Position numbers and translations under genes: made by a program
NCBI GenBank assembly: GCA_029717555.1
Contig: JAMDHS010000036.1
Location: forward strand, 124,001-188,000
Origin: Peribolospora baueri
Taxonomy: Eukaryota
Direction: 5' to 3'
DNA length: 64,000 bases
Notes under the pieces: model-generated
What the model saw: only the letters and a program-made list of their open reading frames with translations
Databases searched by the model: none
What the model was told of the DNA's origin: nothing
Shown here: piece by piece, positions 1-12,136 of the stretch
Layout: the number at the start of each line of letters is the position of its first letter
Numbering within the stretch: position 1 is the first letter of the stretch

Positions 1-1222
1 AGATCCTCCTCCCTCCTCACGCCGCTCAACGGATCCTCGTCCTCCTCGTCCACCTTGTCGACCCCACCTCGACCGCCTGACTTGCCCAGCCGAGAGATAG
101 CGCCACTCTCGACACCGCTGGCGGCTCGCTTCACGGCTCCCTTGCCTCTGCTCGCCACAAGCGCAGCCGCCTCTGCCGCCAGCGCCGCGCTCGTCTTTTG
201 CAAGGGACGCTGGTTTTCGACGCTGGCTGGACCATCGCTAGGTAAGCGGGGCAGGACGGGAACAGCGCCGCCACCGGATCTACCGCTAAGTCGGAGGGGG
301 CCGACGGTGGAGGAGTAGGCGGGCGATTTGGAGCCCGAGGGGGATTTAAAGTCGGGATCGGCAATGAGAGCAGCAACATCCGCGTCGGAAATCTTCAGGT
401 CGCCGAGTCCAAGTTCGGCTAGCACGTCGTCCTCCTCCTCTCCGGTTTTGTCGCCCTCCTCCTTGCTCTTGTCTTCTCCACCTCCGGTCGCCGCAGCGGA
501 CGTCTCCCCTCCCGCAGTACCAGCAGTGTCAGCAGAGGCCTTGGGCTTCTTAGATTTGGACTTTTTCTTTTTCTTGATGCCCTCATCGAGTCGGAGGAAG
601 AGGTCCAGCTCTCCGTACTCGACCGCCTCTTCGAACTCCTCGAACGTCCCTCGCCATTCGCCATTCACTAGAATGTTCGGAAAGGTAGGGTCCCGAATAG
701 CCTAGTCGAGGTGGGATGAAAGACATATGCCGAGTCGGGCGATAAATGAGTCGGTCAATCATCTTTCCCTGCAGAACCAAAGACCTCTAACGGCGAAGGA
801 AAAAATTCGAAAGGACGCTCGCCCACCTTTCGTTTCCAGCGCTTTTTCTGCTCCTCATCCGATGCCAAGTCAATTATTGTGAAGGGTATCTGAAGGACCA
901 GAAGCATAAGACGAATTGCTGTCGGCATCGTACTCGCGGGCGAACGTCGCTGCACACGCGATCCAGGCCGCATCCGCGCGGCAAGCCTCGACCAGTCAGG
1001 ACGTAAAAAAGACGCACCTTCTTGGCCGACAAGACGCTGACGTATCTTTCATGCCTCCCTCGGACCTTGTGGTTGCTGAGGATATCTGGAAGAGACGGAG
1101 AGGGCACAGGCCGTCGGTCGGCCAACATCGGAACTCGATCAGCCTTGCGCTCTGCCGCCGTCCTGTTCTCCACACTACTGGCCGAGATACGCACAAGTGG
1201 AAAAGAGCTCTACGGTCGCCAT
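1..1222 (-). CDS. SH3BGR/glutaredoxin-like (thioredoxin-fold) domain protein with long acidic/Lys-rich tail; 3' end runs off the window
   Basis: Manual splicing gives MATVELFSTYILSNHKVRGRHERYVSVLSAKK-IPFTIIDLASDEEQKKRWKRK-...AIRDPTFPNILVNGEWRGTFEEFEEAVEYGELDLFLRL, typical of the SH3BGR family. ATG at 1222, GT-AG introns, frame open to position 1. Confidence 0.8.
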
Positions 1223-1448
1223 TTGGAGTTGGGACTGAGTGCCATGGAAGCTATAGCGTCGCCGAGAAGGTGTGGTTGTCGTTTCTTATGATGGCAAGGG
1301 TTGTGTATTCTCGTCGGCCAGTCCGAATCTTTCGAGAAGGTGAGTCGGATGCTTAGCACCGTCAGCCGCAGCACGGCAAGAATGACCCCGGTCACCACCA
1401 CCAACATCACCGACTTCGCGTCCTCGAGTGCGAGCGCAGGCAGACGAC
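1223..1448. promoter_or_regulatory. Compact divergent (probably bidirectional) promoter between SH3BGR-like gene and KGD4
   Basis: Only 226 bp separate two head-to-head ATGs. Confidence 0.55.
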
Positions 1449-2158
1449 ATGTTCTCCCTCACGGTAGTTCGGAGGGCCCAGCATGTGCACAAGCCCCTAA
1501 TCCATTTCCTCGGCAAGCGCCAGGCACCTGTTGGTGAGCTTGGAGCTTGGGAGTGCGGCGGGGCGAAATCGCGTCAGAGAATGCCGAAGGTCGTGCTGAC
1601 ACTTTCGCCTTCCTTTCGTCTCATCGTCTCCTCATACGCTCTTCCTAGAACCTCATACCCTTCATGCGCACCCGTTAGCGCCAAAGGAAATTGTTTCTGA
1701 TTTTGACAATTTCCTCGAAAAGTAGGCCATATCGGACGAGAGGATAACGCGCCGTCACGGAAGCGGGACCTGGAGAGCTAGTTTGACCGGATACGTTGCC
1801 ATTTCCCAGGTTCAGGACCGGTCCACACATCAATTCCAATGCTATTTCCATCTCCTCTTCTTCCTCCCGTCCGTCGGCTCCGTCACATTCGTCCTCAGGC
1901 TCTTCGCCTTCAAGCGGTGGTAGTGCACAGCATGAGTACGTTGGGGAGCTCCCTTCGCGATACCGCAACGCGGGCGCTACTATTAGTCAGCGGGAGATAG
2001 AGGCGATTGAGGTGAGTAGAGTTGGATGGTTTTGAACATTATCCTGGTCTCCGTGCTGACTGACCGCGCTCGGTGTTAACATCATCCATTTTCTCCTTGT
2101 TTTCCGTGACACGATCTGCGCGCTATCACTGAAGTCGGGCGGCGCGACGCTGTTTTGA
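1449..2158 (+). CDS. KGD4: Alpha-ketoglutarate dehydrogenase subunit Kgd4 / mitochondrial ribosomal protein S36 (YMR31) family
   Basis: Four exons give MFSLTVVRRAQHVHKPLIHFLGKR...HAHP...ELPSRYRNAGATISQREIEAIESGGATLF*. The N-terminal PLIHFLGKR and C-terminal EIEAIESGGA motifs are family hallmarks. Confidence 0.85.
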
Positions 2159-2596
2159 CGGCCTTCTCGCGTCTTCAGTTCTGCTAGGCCATGGCCATAG
2201 ACCTACTCCGTCCTGGAGCGAGGACAGGAGTGGAAAGTTGAGGGCGCCTTCACAATGAAGTGACTTGCGAAGGGCGATGAGTCGGGTCTTTGGAGGCTAA
2301 GCTGGATACGCGTCGTCCCTTAGAATGGCATCCATTCGGGTTCGGATTTCGCAGCGTGCGGATTAGAACAGAAGAGAAGTTTACTTGGCACACGATGAAG
2401 AGTCATCAAGCATCGTTTTCTTAGCCATCCCTCCATTGAAGGCTACTGGCTCGTTCGCCGATGAAACATAAGCCCAAGGTGGCTGTAGACCGGGAAAAAA
2501 ACCATGCACCCTCCCCCTCTTCCTTTAGCACTGGAATGGTGGTCAGTGTGGGGGCTTCAGAACGGCGAGGGGTGGGAGCGGAAGGGGAAATCGACG

Positions 2597-3251
2597 TCAT
2601 TCAAAGGTGAAACCGGAGTCGCGGTGGGCGTCCTCGAGCTGCTCGCGTTTAGCTGCGCGAATAGGGCAGTCGTTGCTGGTGGGAGGTGGTCGATCTCCTC
2701 CCTGCCGTCCTCCATGCAAAGGACGCAGGCGAGCCCAGTGTGGGGACACTCTCCCGTTGAACATCACCTGACTTTCAGGGCAGACGCACTGGCGAAAGGA
2801 GTGGGAGGATGAAGCGCATCTAGCGCAGCGGGGGGGTGGCCGTACAGTGGACGGCCGTGTGGTCCAGGGCGCAGCACCGATAGCATTGGCGAACCGACTG
2901 CCTCGCCTTCTCCACCAGCTTGAGCTCGCACGCAACCGCGAGGCCACGTTGGATCGCGCGGTTGGCAGTCTCCTTGTTGCCGAAGAGCACGATCAGGCTA
3001 GACCTTGGGCTAAGTCGCCCAGGCACTCCTCGCTGCTGGGGACGAACGTCGTGGACACTCCGTGGATGATGACGGGGTAGAGGCGAGATTTTAACCTCAG
3101 CCCATCACTCAACAGGGGGATCCAGGTCTCGTCGGTTGTCGTCGTCTTGGTAGCGTCTTCCTCTTTGAGGAGGTGGATGACGATCTCCTTGGAGCGAGGT
3201 CGAACGAAGACCGCGGGGACTAGGATATCTTCGCCCCTAGAAGATTTTACC
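2597..3251 (-). mobile_element. Degenerate non-LTR retrotransposon (LINE/Tad1-like) ORF1 gag fragment, left copy
   Basis: Minus-strand frames give LYPVIIHGV, SSLIVLF...ANRAIQRGL, and zinc knuckles QCYRCCALDHTAVHC, RCARCASSSHSFRQC and CVLC...H...NDCPIR. It is broken by frameshifts and a stop, and no ORF2/RT is seen. Confidence 0.75.
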
Positions 3252-3935
3252 TCGCGACCAACTACTCACCCACCCCAGGCCGAACCCTGCTCCGACCCCT
3301 ACACCTAGTTGCCCATCAGTTAGGACCTCACCATAAGCTCGAGTCGTCTTTTTCCTCTCCATCCACCTTTGACGCTTATCTGGATGCCCCCCAAGGCCAC
3401 CCCAATAACCCCGACAAACCTGTCCTGGCTGACCTCGCCGCGACCGTGCTCAAGTACAGAGTACAGGCGGCGGTAAAATCTTCTAGGGGTGAAGACATCC
3501 CAGTCCCTGCAGTCTGGGTTCGACCTCGCTCAAAGGAGATCGTCATCCACCTCCTCAAAGAGGACGACGCTACCAAGATGACGACCGACCAGACCTGGAT
3601 CCCCCTGTTGAGTGATGGGCTGAGGTTAAAATCTCGCCTCTACCCCGTCATCATCCACGGAGTGTCCACGACGTTCGTTCCCAGCAGCGAGGAGTGCCTG
3701 GGCGACTTAGCCCAAGGTCTAGCCTGATCGTGCTCTTCGGCAACAAGGAGACTGCCAACCGCGCGATCCAACGTGGCCTCGCGGTTGCGTGCGAGCTCAA
3801 GCTGGTGGAGAAGGCGAGGCAGTCGGTTCGCCAATGCTATCGGTGCTGCGCCCTGGACCACACGGCCGTCCACTGTACGGCCACCCCCCCGCTGCGCTAG
3901 ATGCGCTTCATCCTCCCACTCCCTTCGCCAATGCG
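2785..3935. repeat. Long inverted repeat: arms 2785-3251 and 3472-3935 (~465 bp each) around a 220-bp spacer
   Basis: Direct reverse-complement comparison; the ORF track also shows identical peptides on opposite strands (2820..3026- vs 3694..3900+). Confidence 0.95.
3252..3935 (+). mobile_element. Degenerate LINE ORF1 gag fragment, right copy (inverted relative to left copy)
   Basis: Plus-strand ...VLKYRVQAAVKSSRGEDIPV...LYPVIIHGV... and QCYRCCALDHTAVHC carry the same lesions as the left copy. Confidence 0.75.
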
Positions 3936-4211
3936 AGCGACGCGCGCTCGCGACGTCGTTGCCGTGATTCTGGTAGGCGCCCCGGGCGGAGGCCCAGAGC
4001 GGGCGCCGAGGTGGCCTGGGGGGAGACAGCCAGATGAGTGAGGTATGGGAAGCGTCAAATGAATCAGTGGAAGGTCGCCGAGGAGTAAGTAGGGTTATCA
4101 CCGCAGTCTTTCTGCGAAGGCCATCCTTCCCTCGCGGCACACCTTTAAGAAACCTCTCCGCCGCTCCCTCCTCCTTCACGGCAAGCAGTCTTCTGTCCAT
4201 CTCTCATCATC

Positions 4212-7072
4212 ATGCCTACGGTGACAAGATCCAAGCGCAGCCGCCCCGCGGCGACCACTTCTCCTGCAAAAAAGCAGAAGGTCGATGTCAAAGGCAAGGC
4301 CAAAGGCACCTCTTCTGCCGCCGCCGCCGTGCGAGCCGGGGAGGAGGCGGAAGGCGAGGTAGAGCAGAAGGTCACGGCAAAACGGCCTATCACTCGAGGG
4401 AAGGCATTGTCGGCAGTCTATGATGACGATGACACGAGCGAGGAGGAAGGCGACTCGGAGGTGGGCATGGATGGGGACGGAGACGGGGAAGGTCTGGAGA
4501 GCGATGACGGAGGCGAGGAGGAGAAAGATGAGGACGAGGAGATGCAAGATGAGGAGCAGCCGAAGCGAGACCCCAAAGGTGAAACTTGAAAGACGCAGTG
4601 GTTGGGGCTGGCTTGCGTGACTGTAGGCGTGGCTGACTTTCCCTGTCCTCTTCTTACCTCCCCACTCCTACAGCCAAACGAGAGGCCCGTGAAGCCGCCA
4701 AAGCTGCCCGGCAAGAGCGCAGAGCTGCCAAGCCCCATGCCTCTCTCATCGCCGAGGCCAAGCGTGTGTGGTCCTCTTTGCGACAGAAGGACATCAGTGC
4801 AAAGGAGAGGAAAGTGCATTTGGCGGAGATGATGGAGATCATCGGAGGAAGGGTGCAGGAGGTCGTGTTTAAGCATGACGTGGGTGACACGCTCGCACTC
4901 CTTCGTATCGAATTGCTTCAACGTGAAGTCTTAGAGCACGCACAGCTGATGCGATGGACTCGGCCTTCCTTTTTCTCCTACTATTTTTTTCATGTCGTAG
5001 GCTTCGCGCATCATCCAGTCTGTCGTAAAATGGGGAGGCAAGCCTGAGCGTGAGCAAGTCGCTTCTGAGCTCAACGGCAAGTATATTGAGCTTGTACAAG
5101 GAAAGTATAGCAAGGTGAGCCAGACTATAAACTGTTTCTGGAATGTGTGCTTCCAAGGCCTTTTTTTTTCTGCGTTGAGCTGTGCGGCTAACATGACTAA
5201 CTTGCCGGTTATTGCCGTTCCTCTTCTGCAGTTCCTCGTCGCCTCCATCCTCCGCCACACCCCTTCCGCCGTACCCATGATTCTGTCCGAATTTCAGGGC
5301 CATATCATCCGTCTCCTCCTTCACGCACATGCCTCGCCCATCGTCGCCGATACCTATGCCATCTTCGCCAACGCTGACGGTCGTCAAATGATGGTGCAAG
5401 ATTTCTGGGGCCCAGAATTTCGTCTTTTCGATAAAGAGGCTGGTGTAGCGGGGAAGAAGGGGGATGGCAAAGGAGAAGGGAGAAGGAGGTTGTTGGGTGA
5501 CGTGTTGGACGAGATGCCGGAGCCGAGAAGGAAAACGGTGTTGGAAAATGTGAGGGAGAGCTTGAGGAAGTTGTGGGACAATGAGTCAAAGAATGCCATC
5601 AGCTACGCTATCGTGCACAAGGGTGAGTGAAAAGGTTTCCGTTCATTTGCAGTCCTCTTCTAGCGATCGCTGCTGACACTTCCGGCCGCACTGTGCGACG
5701 CTACAGTCATGATGGACTACGCTACGTACGGTTCAGGAGACGATGCCGAGAAGCGTCAGAGAGACATGTTTGAGACGTGAGTGTGCAAATTTGTTGCATG
5801 CACACTGCACATCGCGGTGCTTCGTCACTCTCCCCATCCTGTCCCGCCCGCTCAAGGCTTGTTGTTTCCGCGCTTCCGACTCTTGCTTGTCAGCATTATC
5901 GACCAGCTCCCCGAGATCGTCCACACGCGCGATGGCTCTCAGCTAGCCCGCATGTTCCTCGCCGAGGGGAACGCTAAGGACAGGAAGCAGATCATCAAGG
6001 TTCTCAAGCCTCATTTGGATGCGCTCTGCAGGGACGAGCAGGCACAGCTGGTTCTGTTCACTGCGCTCGACGTCGTTGACGATACCAAGCTGATGGCTAA
6101 GAGCGTCATTCAGGTGGGTTCTCACCGGCCACTGGAAGGCGAGATCAGATTGTTGCATATTCACCCTCGTTTCTTGTTTGTTTCTTTCGTGCCCCTTCAG
6201 GAGCTTGCCCCGCTGTTCCCCTCTCTCTGTGCAGATAAGAACGGACGGAAGGTCCTCTTGTACCTCCTCTGCCCCCGTTCATCCCGTTATTTCACCCCAG
6301 CAACGACGCGTCTGCTGGCCGAGACGGACTCGATTCGGAGTCGAACGAGCAAAAAGGACCCGAAGGTCAGACAGGGGGAGGTGTTGGAGGCCGCAAGTCC
6401 TGGCCTGTTGAGGATGGTAGCGGGTGAGGGCGGTACCATGAGGCAGGAGGGCGAAGAAGTGGTGCTTCCGAGCGGCATCGAACTGTTCAGGGATACGGCC
6501 AGCTCATTGATAGTCCTGGAGACAATGTTGTACGCTCGAGGCGACAAAGCTCAGGCCATGTCCGCTCTTTTGGAGCCCGTCGGGGCGCCTTATCTGGATG
6601 ATAGCCAACGGGAAGCCGGTCAGGAGCATATCATGGATCTCTCCCATACCCAACGAAGTGAGTGTTCTTCCCATGCTTACGAACCTGCTATTTTTATTGG
6701 AGCTTAGCTCGTTCACCCTTTTCGCCCCGCTCTTCCCGCTTCACTTTTTTAGTCTACAAAACCCTCATACAAGGTGGCCACTTCGACATCAAAACGAAAA
6801 CGGTTCACGTCATCGACGCCGCCTTCTCGCTCTCCTTCGCCAAAGCCTTCCTGGCTGCTGCGGGGAAAGAGAATATCGGGGCGTTCGCAAAGGGCGGGGG
6901 AGCGTTCGTTGTCGTCGAGTTGATCGAGCGATTAAGGAAGGCTGGCGGGGAAGGGAAGAAGGAATTGGAGGAGATCAAGGGTCTGTTCGGTGGGAAGAAG
7001 ACCAGGGCAGAGATCGAGAAGGCAAAGCCGAAGGGCGGCGAGCTGTTGTTGAACAAGCTCGCTGAGCTGTGA
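4212..7072 (+). CDS. PUF6: Pumilio-homology/CPL domain nucleolar protein Puf6
   Basis: Acidic/basic N-terminus, then VWSSLRQK...KHDASRIIQSVVKWG, YSKFLV, HTRDGSQLARMFLAEGNAKDRKQIIK, LFTALDVVDDTKL, KKDPKVRQGE, YKTLIQGGHF. Multiple GT-AG introns. Confidence 0.92.
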
Positions 7073-7826
7073 TGTTTGGACGGCCGAGACGGAGCGGAGC
7101 GGGAGAGGTCCAATCGTTCGTCGTCCGGTTGCGTTTTCATCTCGTTTTTGGTCGCCCGCGATAAGTTTACCTAGATTCGGGCTTTCGTCGGGACCTCGCT
7201 CCGTGTCTTCTCCACATGCACACCCTGCCTTCTGCTCAACTCGATCTGTATATCAGTTGTCGACAAGCACCCGTCGAGCGAGTGTTGAACCGCACCGATG
7301 AAAAGCCCCTCCAACGACGCCATGCCTGCCGGCCGTCCCGGCTCGCCGCTTCCCACGTCGCGATCCGCTATATCGGAGCCCAGTCTAACGGCGGACGCCC
7401 GGGTGTGCAGCCTGAGTGAGACTACCTCGTCCCACAGGCTCCTCCTCTCCAACTCTTTCGAGACCAGGTGCACCGTCAGAAGGGAAGAGCAGGATCGGCG
7501 CGACATCGAGGGGCAAAGTAGGGCGGGCTGGAGCACGGAAACGGCTGGGGGGATGCAAGTGAAGGGCGGGCACCGGCACCACTGGCGCCCGACGCCCGCC
7601 GGAAAATCTTAAACTCGAATGTCCCGCTGTCGGTCTGAAAAGCGTAGAGTACATGAAGGCGAGGAGTTCGGCGGAATTTCGGCAAGATAGATGGACGAGA
7701 AAAGTCCGGAGAGATGAAACAAAGGCCAAGATAAACGGCGGGGAATAAGCGCCTAGCATACGGGGGGGCGCGGCGAGTTTTCCATGTAAAGGTGCTGAAG
7801 GGGGCTTTGGAGAAGGAGGCGCACGT

Positions 7827-9051
7827 TCACTTAAAGACAGCGATGAGAAGGATGAGCAGGATGATGACGAGAAAGATGATCGTGCAGGTCGATCCTGAGA
7901 TGAGAAGCATGAAAGAGAAGGCGGGGTGTTAGTCTGGAAGGGGCCTTTGACAGGAGGTCTTACCTCGCTCCGTCCGCTCGATTTCCTTTCTCGCTCACCA
8001 TGATCTCTCAACCCCTGCTCGACGGCCTTCAATCTACCGCTCGCCCTGCCAAGCTTCAGTCCGGTGCGCTCCACGTCCGAGTCCATCTCCCCGAGCAGGT
8101 TCGAGTGCAACTCGAGCTCCTCGTTCATCTGCAAGGAGATATCCCGCTGTCGGTTGATCGAGACGGAGAGCGAGTCTAGTTGGTTGTCTTGTTCTGCGAC
8201 CGGCCGGGAGTGAGAGATTGTTAGCGAAAGATAAAGCAAAAGGAACAACCGTGGTCGTCGTCTGGCGCTCCCCTCGGCACCTTCGACTCTCTCGCAGCCA
8301 CCTAGAACCGGCCAGCTCACCGTTCATCATGTCCCTCTGCATCTGCACCATCTCGTCGTTCCTCAACCCGCCCTTTCCGCCCTCCTCCGCGCCCTCCTCG
8401 TCGTCGTACCGATACGGCTGATCAGCTATCGGAGCGGACCACGCCGATTTCCGCTGAGACGTCGAGGAGAGCTCGCCGGTCGAGTTGGTGTCGTCGTTGG
8501 AGGCCGTTGGCCGAGATGCAACAGATTGAAGGGAAGGGTAGCTATGGCGAAAAGTGGGCGGACGAAAAGAGAGAGAGAAAGAGAGAACGAGAACGAGAAG
8601 ACAGGGTAGGGTCGGTGGCCCCGTCGAGGATGGCAGGAAGGAGAGCGAGGGGACGTGTCCGAGCGCGAGCGCGCGCACCGCCCCCCAGCGACCAAACTCA
8701 CTTCTTCCGGAGCTCGTCCACCATCCTCTTCCCTTCCTCATCTTCCTCCAATATTCCCGTCAGCCTCTCGAGCCCCTTCTGCAACCCGATCAGCTCGTCC
8801 TCCTTCTCCTTCACCTCCGCCGGCCTGACCGCATCGCCTTGCTCGATCCTGTTCTGCTCCTCAGAGAGTTTCTGAATGCCGGATGCGAGCGTGTTGAGGT
8901 TCCGACCGATGGTGCGAGTGTTGGTGGCGGAGGTGGGAAGGGAGAGAGAGAGCGTGCGTTGTCGTTCGAGGAGCAGGGAGAGAGTCGAAGTGGTCAGCGC
9001 CGAGAGTCGTGTAGCGGCCGGGGAAGAGGAGAAGGGGTTCGAAGAGGTCAT
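7827..9051 (-). CDS. SYN8: Syntaxin-8-like Qc-SNARE
   Basis: N-terminal RLSALTTSTLSLLLERQR helix bundle, SNARE coil EQDNQLDSLSVSINRQRDISLQMNEELELHSNLL, and C-terminal TM CTIIFLVIILLILLIAVFK*. Confidence 0.85.
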
Positions 9052-9709
9052 GCTGCAAGGCCCCGGCTAGGTGACGATGGCGAGGGCGAGGGTGAGGGGT
9101 GAGAAGGGATGAAAGCGACGAAATAGGAGTCGTCAGGTGGTACTCGAGGCCAGGCCAGCTCAGGTGAGATCGGTGTCGACGACGATGGCGCACCGGACGA
9201 CGTCCGACCGTTGTCTGGAGCTTTGGCCATCACGTGCGCGAACCGCAGCCACCGCAGCCACGTCGCCCTTTCTTTGTTTGGCCTTCTTCATCGATTCCAC
9301 GCTTCGACCGTGGTGAGATGAGAGCAAGGGGATGAAGAACGTCGCCCGTGGAATCGTCCCCGGGCACGCCGGGCGCGCACGGTGAGAGAGAACGTCCAAA
9401 GTAAGGACGGAACGGACGTCGCTGCCGACGGAGGTCGGACACCGATGACCACGTGACGAGTAGCATCCTAGGAGCTCAGCCAGACTCGGAGTACACAAAG
9501 GCGTTCCCCTGTCCAGATCCACTGGAATCGATTACCGAGGGAAGAAAGAAAGAAGCCATGGCGACGGAAGAAAGGATCATCGACCGTCCTTGACTTATAT
9601 ACATTCCAGCGCGCGGTCATGCGATCATCAGCGGGGGGAACGGCCCTCGGGCCCACAAGGGTCGTCCGATCGATCAGATCGAGTCGGTTTCGAGCGACGA
9701 GGACGTGAA

Positions 9710-12136
9710 TCAAGCAAAGGCTTGAACGCCAGTGATGGCTTTGCCGAGGACTGTTCAGCGGGAAAGGAGGGACGGAGGCGAAAAAAATAAGGTTAACTAT
9801 TGTCCGACGAGGGGCCTATTGCGAACGACCAAGGACGACAAGACGAAAAGACTCGCTCAAGCCGTGGACGTCGTGGGTGCCTGGAAGAAGGAGAAGGCAA
9901 GGCAGACAGGCAGGCAGACAGACAGGGAGGGCAGAAGGCGAGATCAGCATCCTCAGTCGAGCCGACGCGGACGGCCTTGGAGCCCTTTTGGGCGAGCGGG
10001 GACGGACTGACCCTCGTACGTGTTGACGACGTGCAAGTTGGCAGCGATGCGGCCGAGTGGGTACTCGTCGCTGGCGGCGTTGCCTCCAAACACCTCCATG
10101 AGCGTCCTCGCGTGTTGAAGCGCCTTGCCGCAGTTGTTGCGCTTGATCATGCTTACCATCTCCGGCGACCACTGCTTGGCGTCCTTCAAGCGCCCGAGCT
10201 GCAGAGAGGCTTGGAGGCCCAACGCGGCTTCCGTAGAGGCGTCGGCGAGCTTCTTCTGTACGAGTTGGAATGCCGCCAGAGGCTTTTTGAATTGCTTCCT
10301 GCGGAGGAGGAGCGGAAAGGTAAGGAAACAAACGAAGAGGGAGAGGCAAGAAAAAGAAAAACGTTGAGGGGACGATTGGGTTGTAGATGACTTTCCTGGC
10401 ACGCCTTGAGGCGGCCAGGATCAGAAGACGAAAGACGGGGGCTTACCGGTCTAACGCGTACTCCCTCGTCCTCGTGATACACTCCTCCAAGGCGCCCATG
10501 GCGCCCCAACTAATACCATACCGAGCCGAGTTGAGGCATTCGAACGGCGCCCCGAGCCCGGGCTTGGCGTGTGGGAGGAGAGCGTCGTGAGAGACTTTGA
10601 CGGCGTCCATGAAGATGGAGCCCGTGACCGACGCGCGGAGGGCGGTCTTGTTCTTGATCGCCGGGGCGGACAGGCCTTTCATGCCCTACGATTCACGCAC
10701 GCGGTCGCCGTGAAGGGGGAGACGGAGAGGGGATGCACGCCAACGTCGTCGGTGACCAAGTACGCCGGGGAGAGTGGGCGTGGGTGGGTACGAACCTTTT
10801 CAAGAATGAACCCTCGGATTTTGCCGTCCCACTTGCAACGAGCCCACTGTGAACATGCGAGGGCAGCGTTTTGTGAGGAGGAGACGACGACGACGACAAC
10901 GATGGCTTCCCGACAGGCACAGCGAGACGAAAGAGGTGGAACTCACGATGATGAAGACGTCACTGCAGCGACACAGCGACATGGAAGAGGGAGGGTGGGG
11001 AAGTGGAAAGCGGAGCGAAGGCGGCGGCGGCATCAACCAGAGTGCCCGTCAAGTCATTTTCGCCTCGGTCAAAGCGAGGGGAGGGGAGGGATGAGCTGCT
11101 CACGCGTGAGGAGAATTGGAAATCCAGGTCTTGCTGCCGCTGATCTCAAAGCCGCCATCGACCTCTGTGGCGGTGGTCTCCATTCCGGCAGGGTCGGAGC
11201 CGTGGTTGGGCTCGGTCAAGCCCTGGCGGACGGGAGTAGGAGAAAAGGCGACAAAGATGTAGAAGGAGATGAACACATATGATCGACGCCCCCCTGCCGC
11301 TCAAAAACAAAAACTTGGCGCTCACAAAGCATCCCACAAGCTCGCCCTTTGCAAGGCCAGGCAAAAACCTCTCCTTCTGTCGTTCGGTTCCAAACTGATC
11401 GATGGGGCCCATGACGAGCGAGCTTTGAACGGACATGATGCTCCTGTAGCCCGAGTCGACTCTTTCCACCTCCCTGGCGATCAGACCGTAGGACACCGAG
11501 TTGACGCCCGCGCAGCCGTAGCCCTTGATCGTTGCGCCGAGCAGGCCGAGGGAGCCGAGGGAGCGGAGGATCGAGGGGTCCCATGCTGCGACGAGGGAAC
11601 GGAAGGGGGAGAAGAGCTATGAATACGACGAAATGAGCAATGGCGGACAACTTGGTGCGCGCGCGAACCACTCACACTCGTCCCGGTACATCTCGAGTAC
11701 CTTTGGCTGGAGCTGCTCTTGACAGAACTCTCTAGCGGTTTCGCTGTTTCGGCCCGGGGGGGGACGTCTTAACTACGACTGCAAACGCAAACGAAACGAA
11801 ACGAAACGATATGACGGACGGACGACCACGCACCTAATCGCAACCTCCTCATCAGAAAGTTGAGAAGCCAAGTTGAGCGGGTCTTCCCATTCGTACTTTG
11901 CAAACTCTGCACCGACAACGACAACGACAACAACAACGACACCCGTCAGTCAGTCAGTCGGTCGGTCGGTCAACCACGTCGGCTAAGATAAAGAAAGCCA
12001 AGCCAGACTCACTGGTCATGCGAAACGCAGCATCATCAGGGCGCGATGCAGAGCTAGCGACTGCCATGCCCCTGGCGGGTCGAAGCGCCGTGGCAGAGAG
12101 GGAGCGAGGAAACGAGGAGCGCAGCAAATTTGACAT
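9710..12136 (-). CDS. GCDH: Mitochondrial glutaryl-CoA dehydrogenase (acyl-CoA dehydrogenase family)
   Basis: [100 protein letters not shown]. Has a targeting-like N-terminus and many introns. Confidence 0.95.
11785..11830. repeat. Intronic microsatellites (AAACG)n / (ACGG)n
   Basis: aaacgaaacgaaacgaaacg and gacggacggacg are read directly inside a GCDH intron. Confidence 0.8.

Noticed and set aside
2785..3935. Inverted repeat interpreted as the TIRs of a DNA transposon or MITE
   Set aside because: The arms encode retroelement gag zinc knuckles, and there is no transposase or evident target-site duplication.
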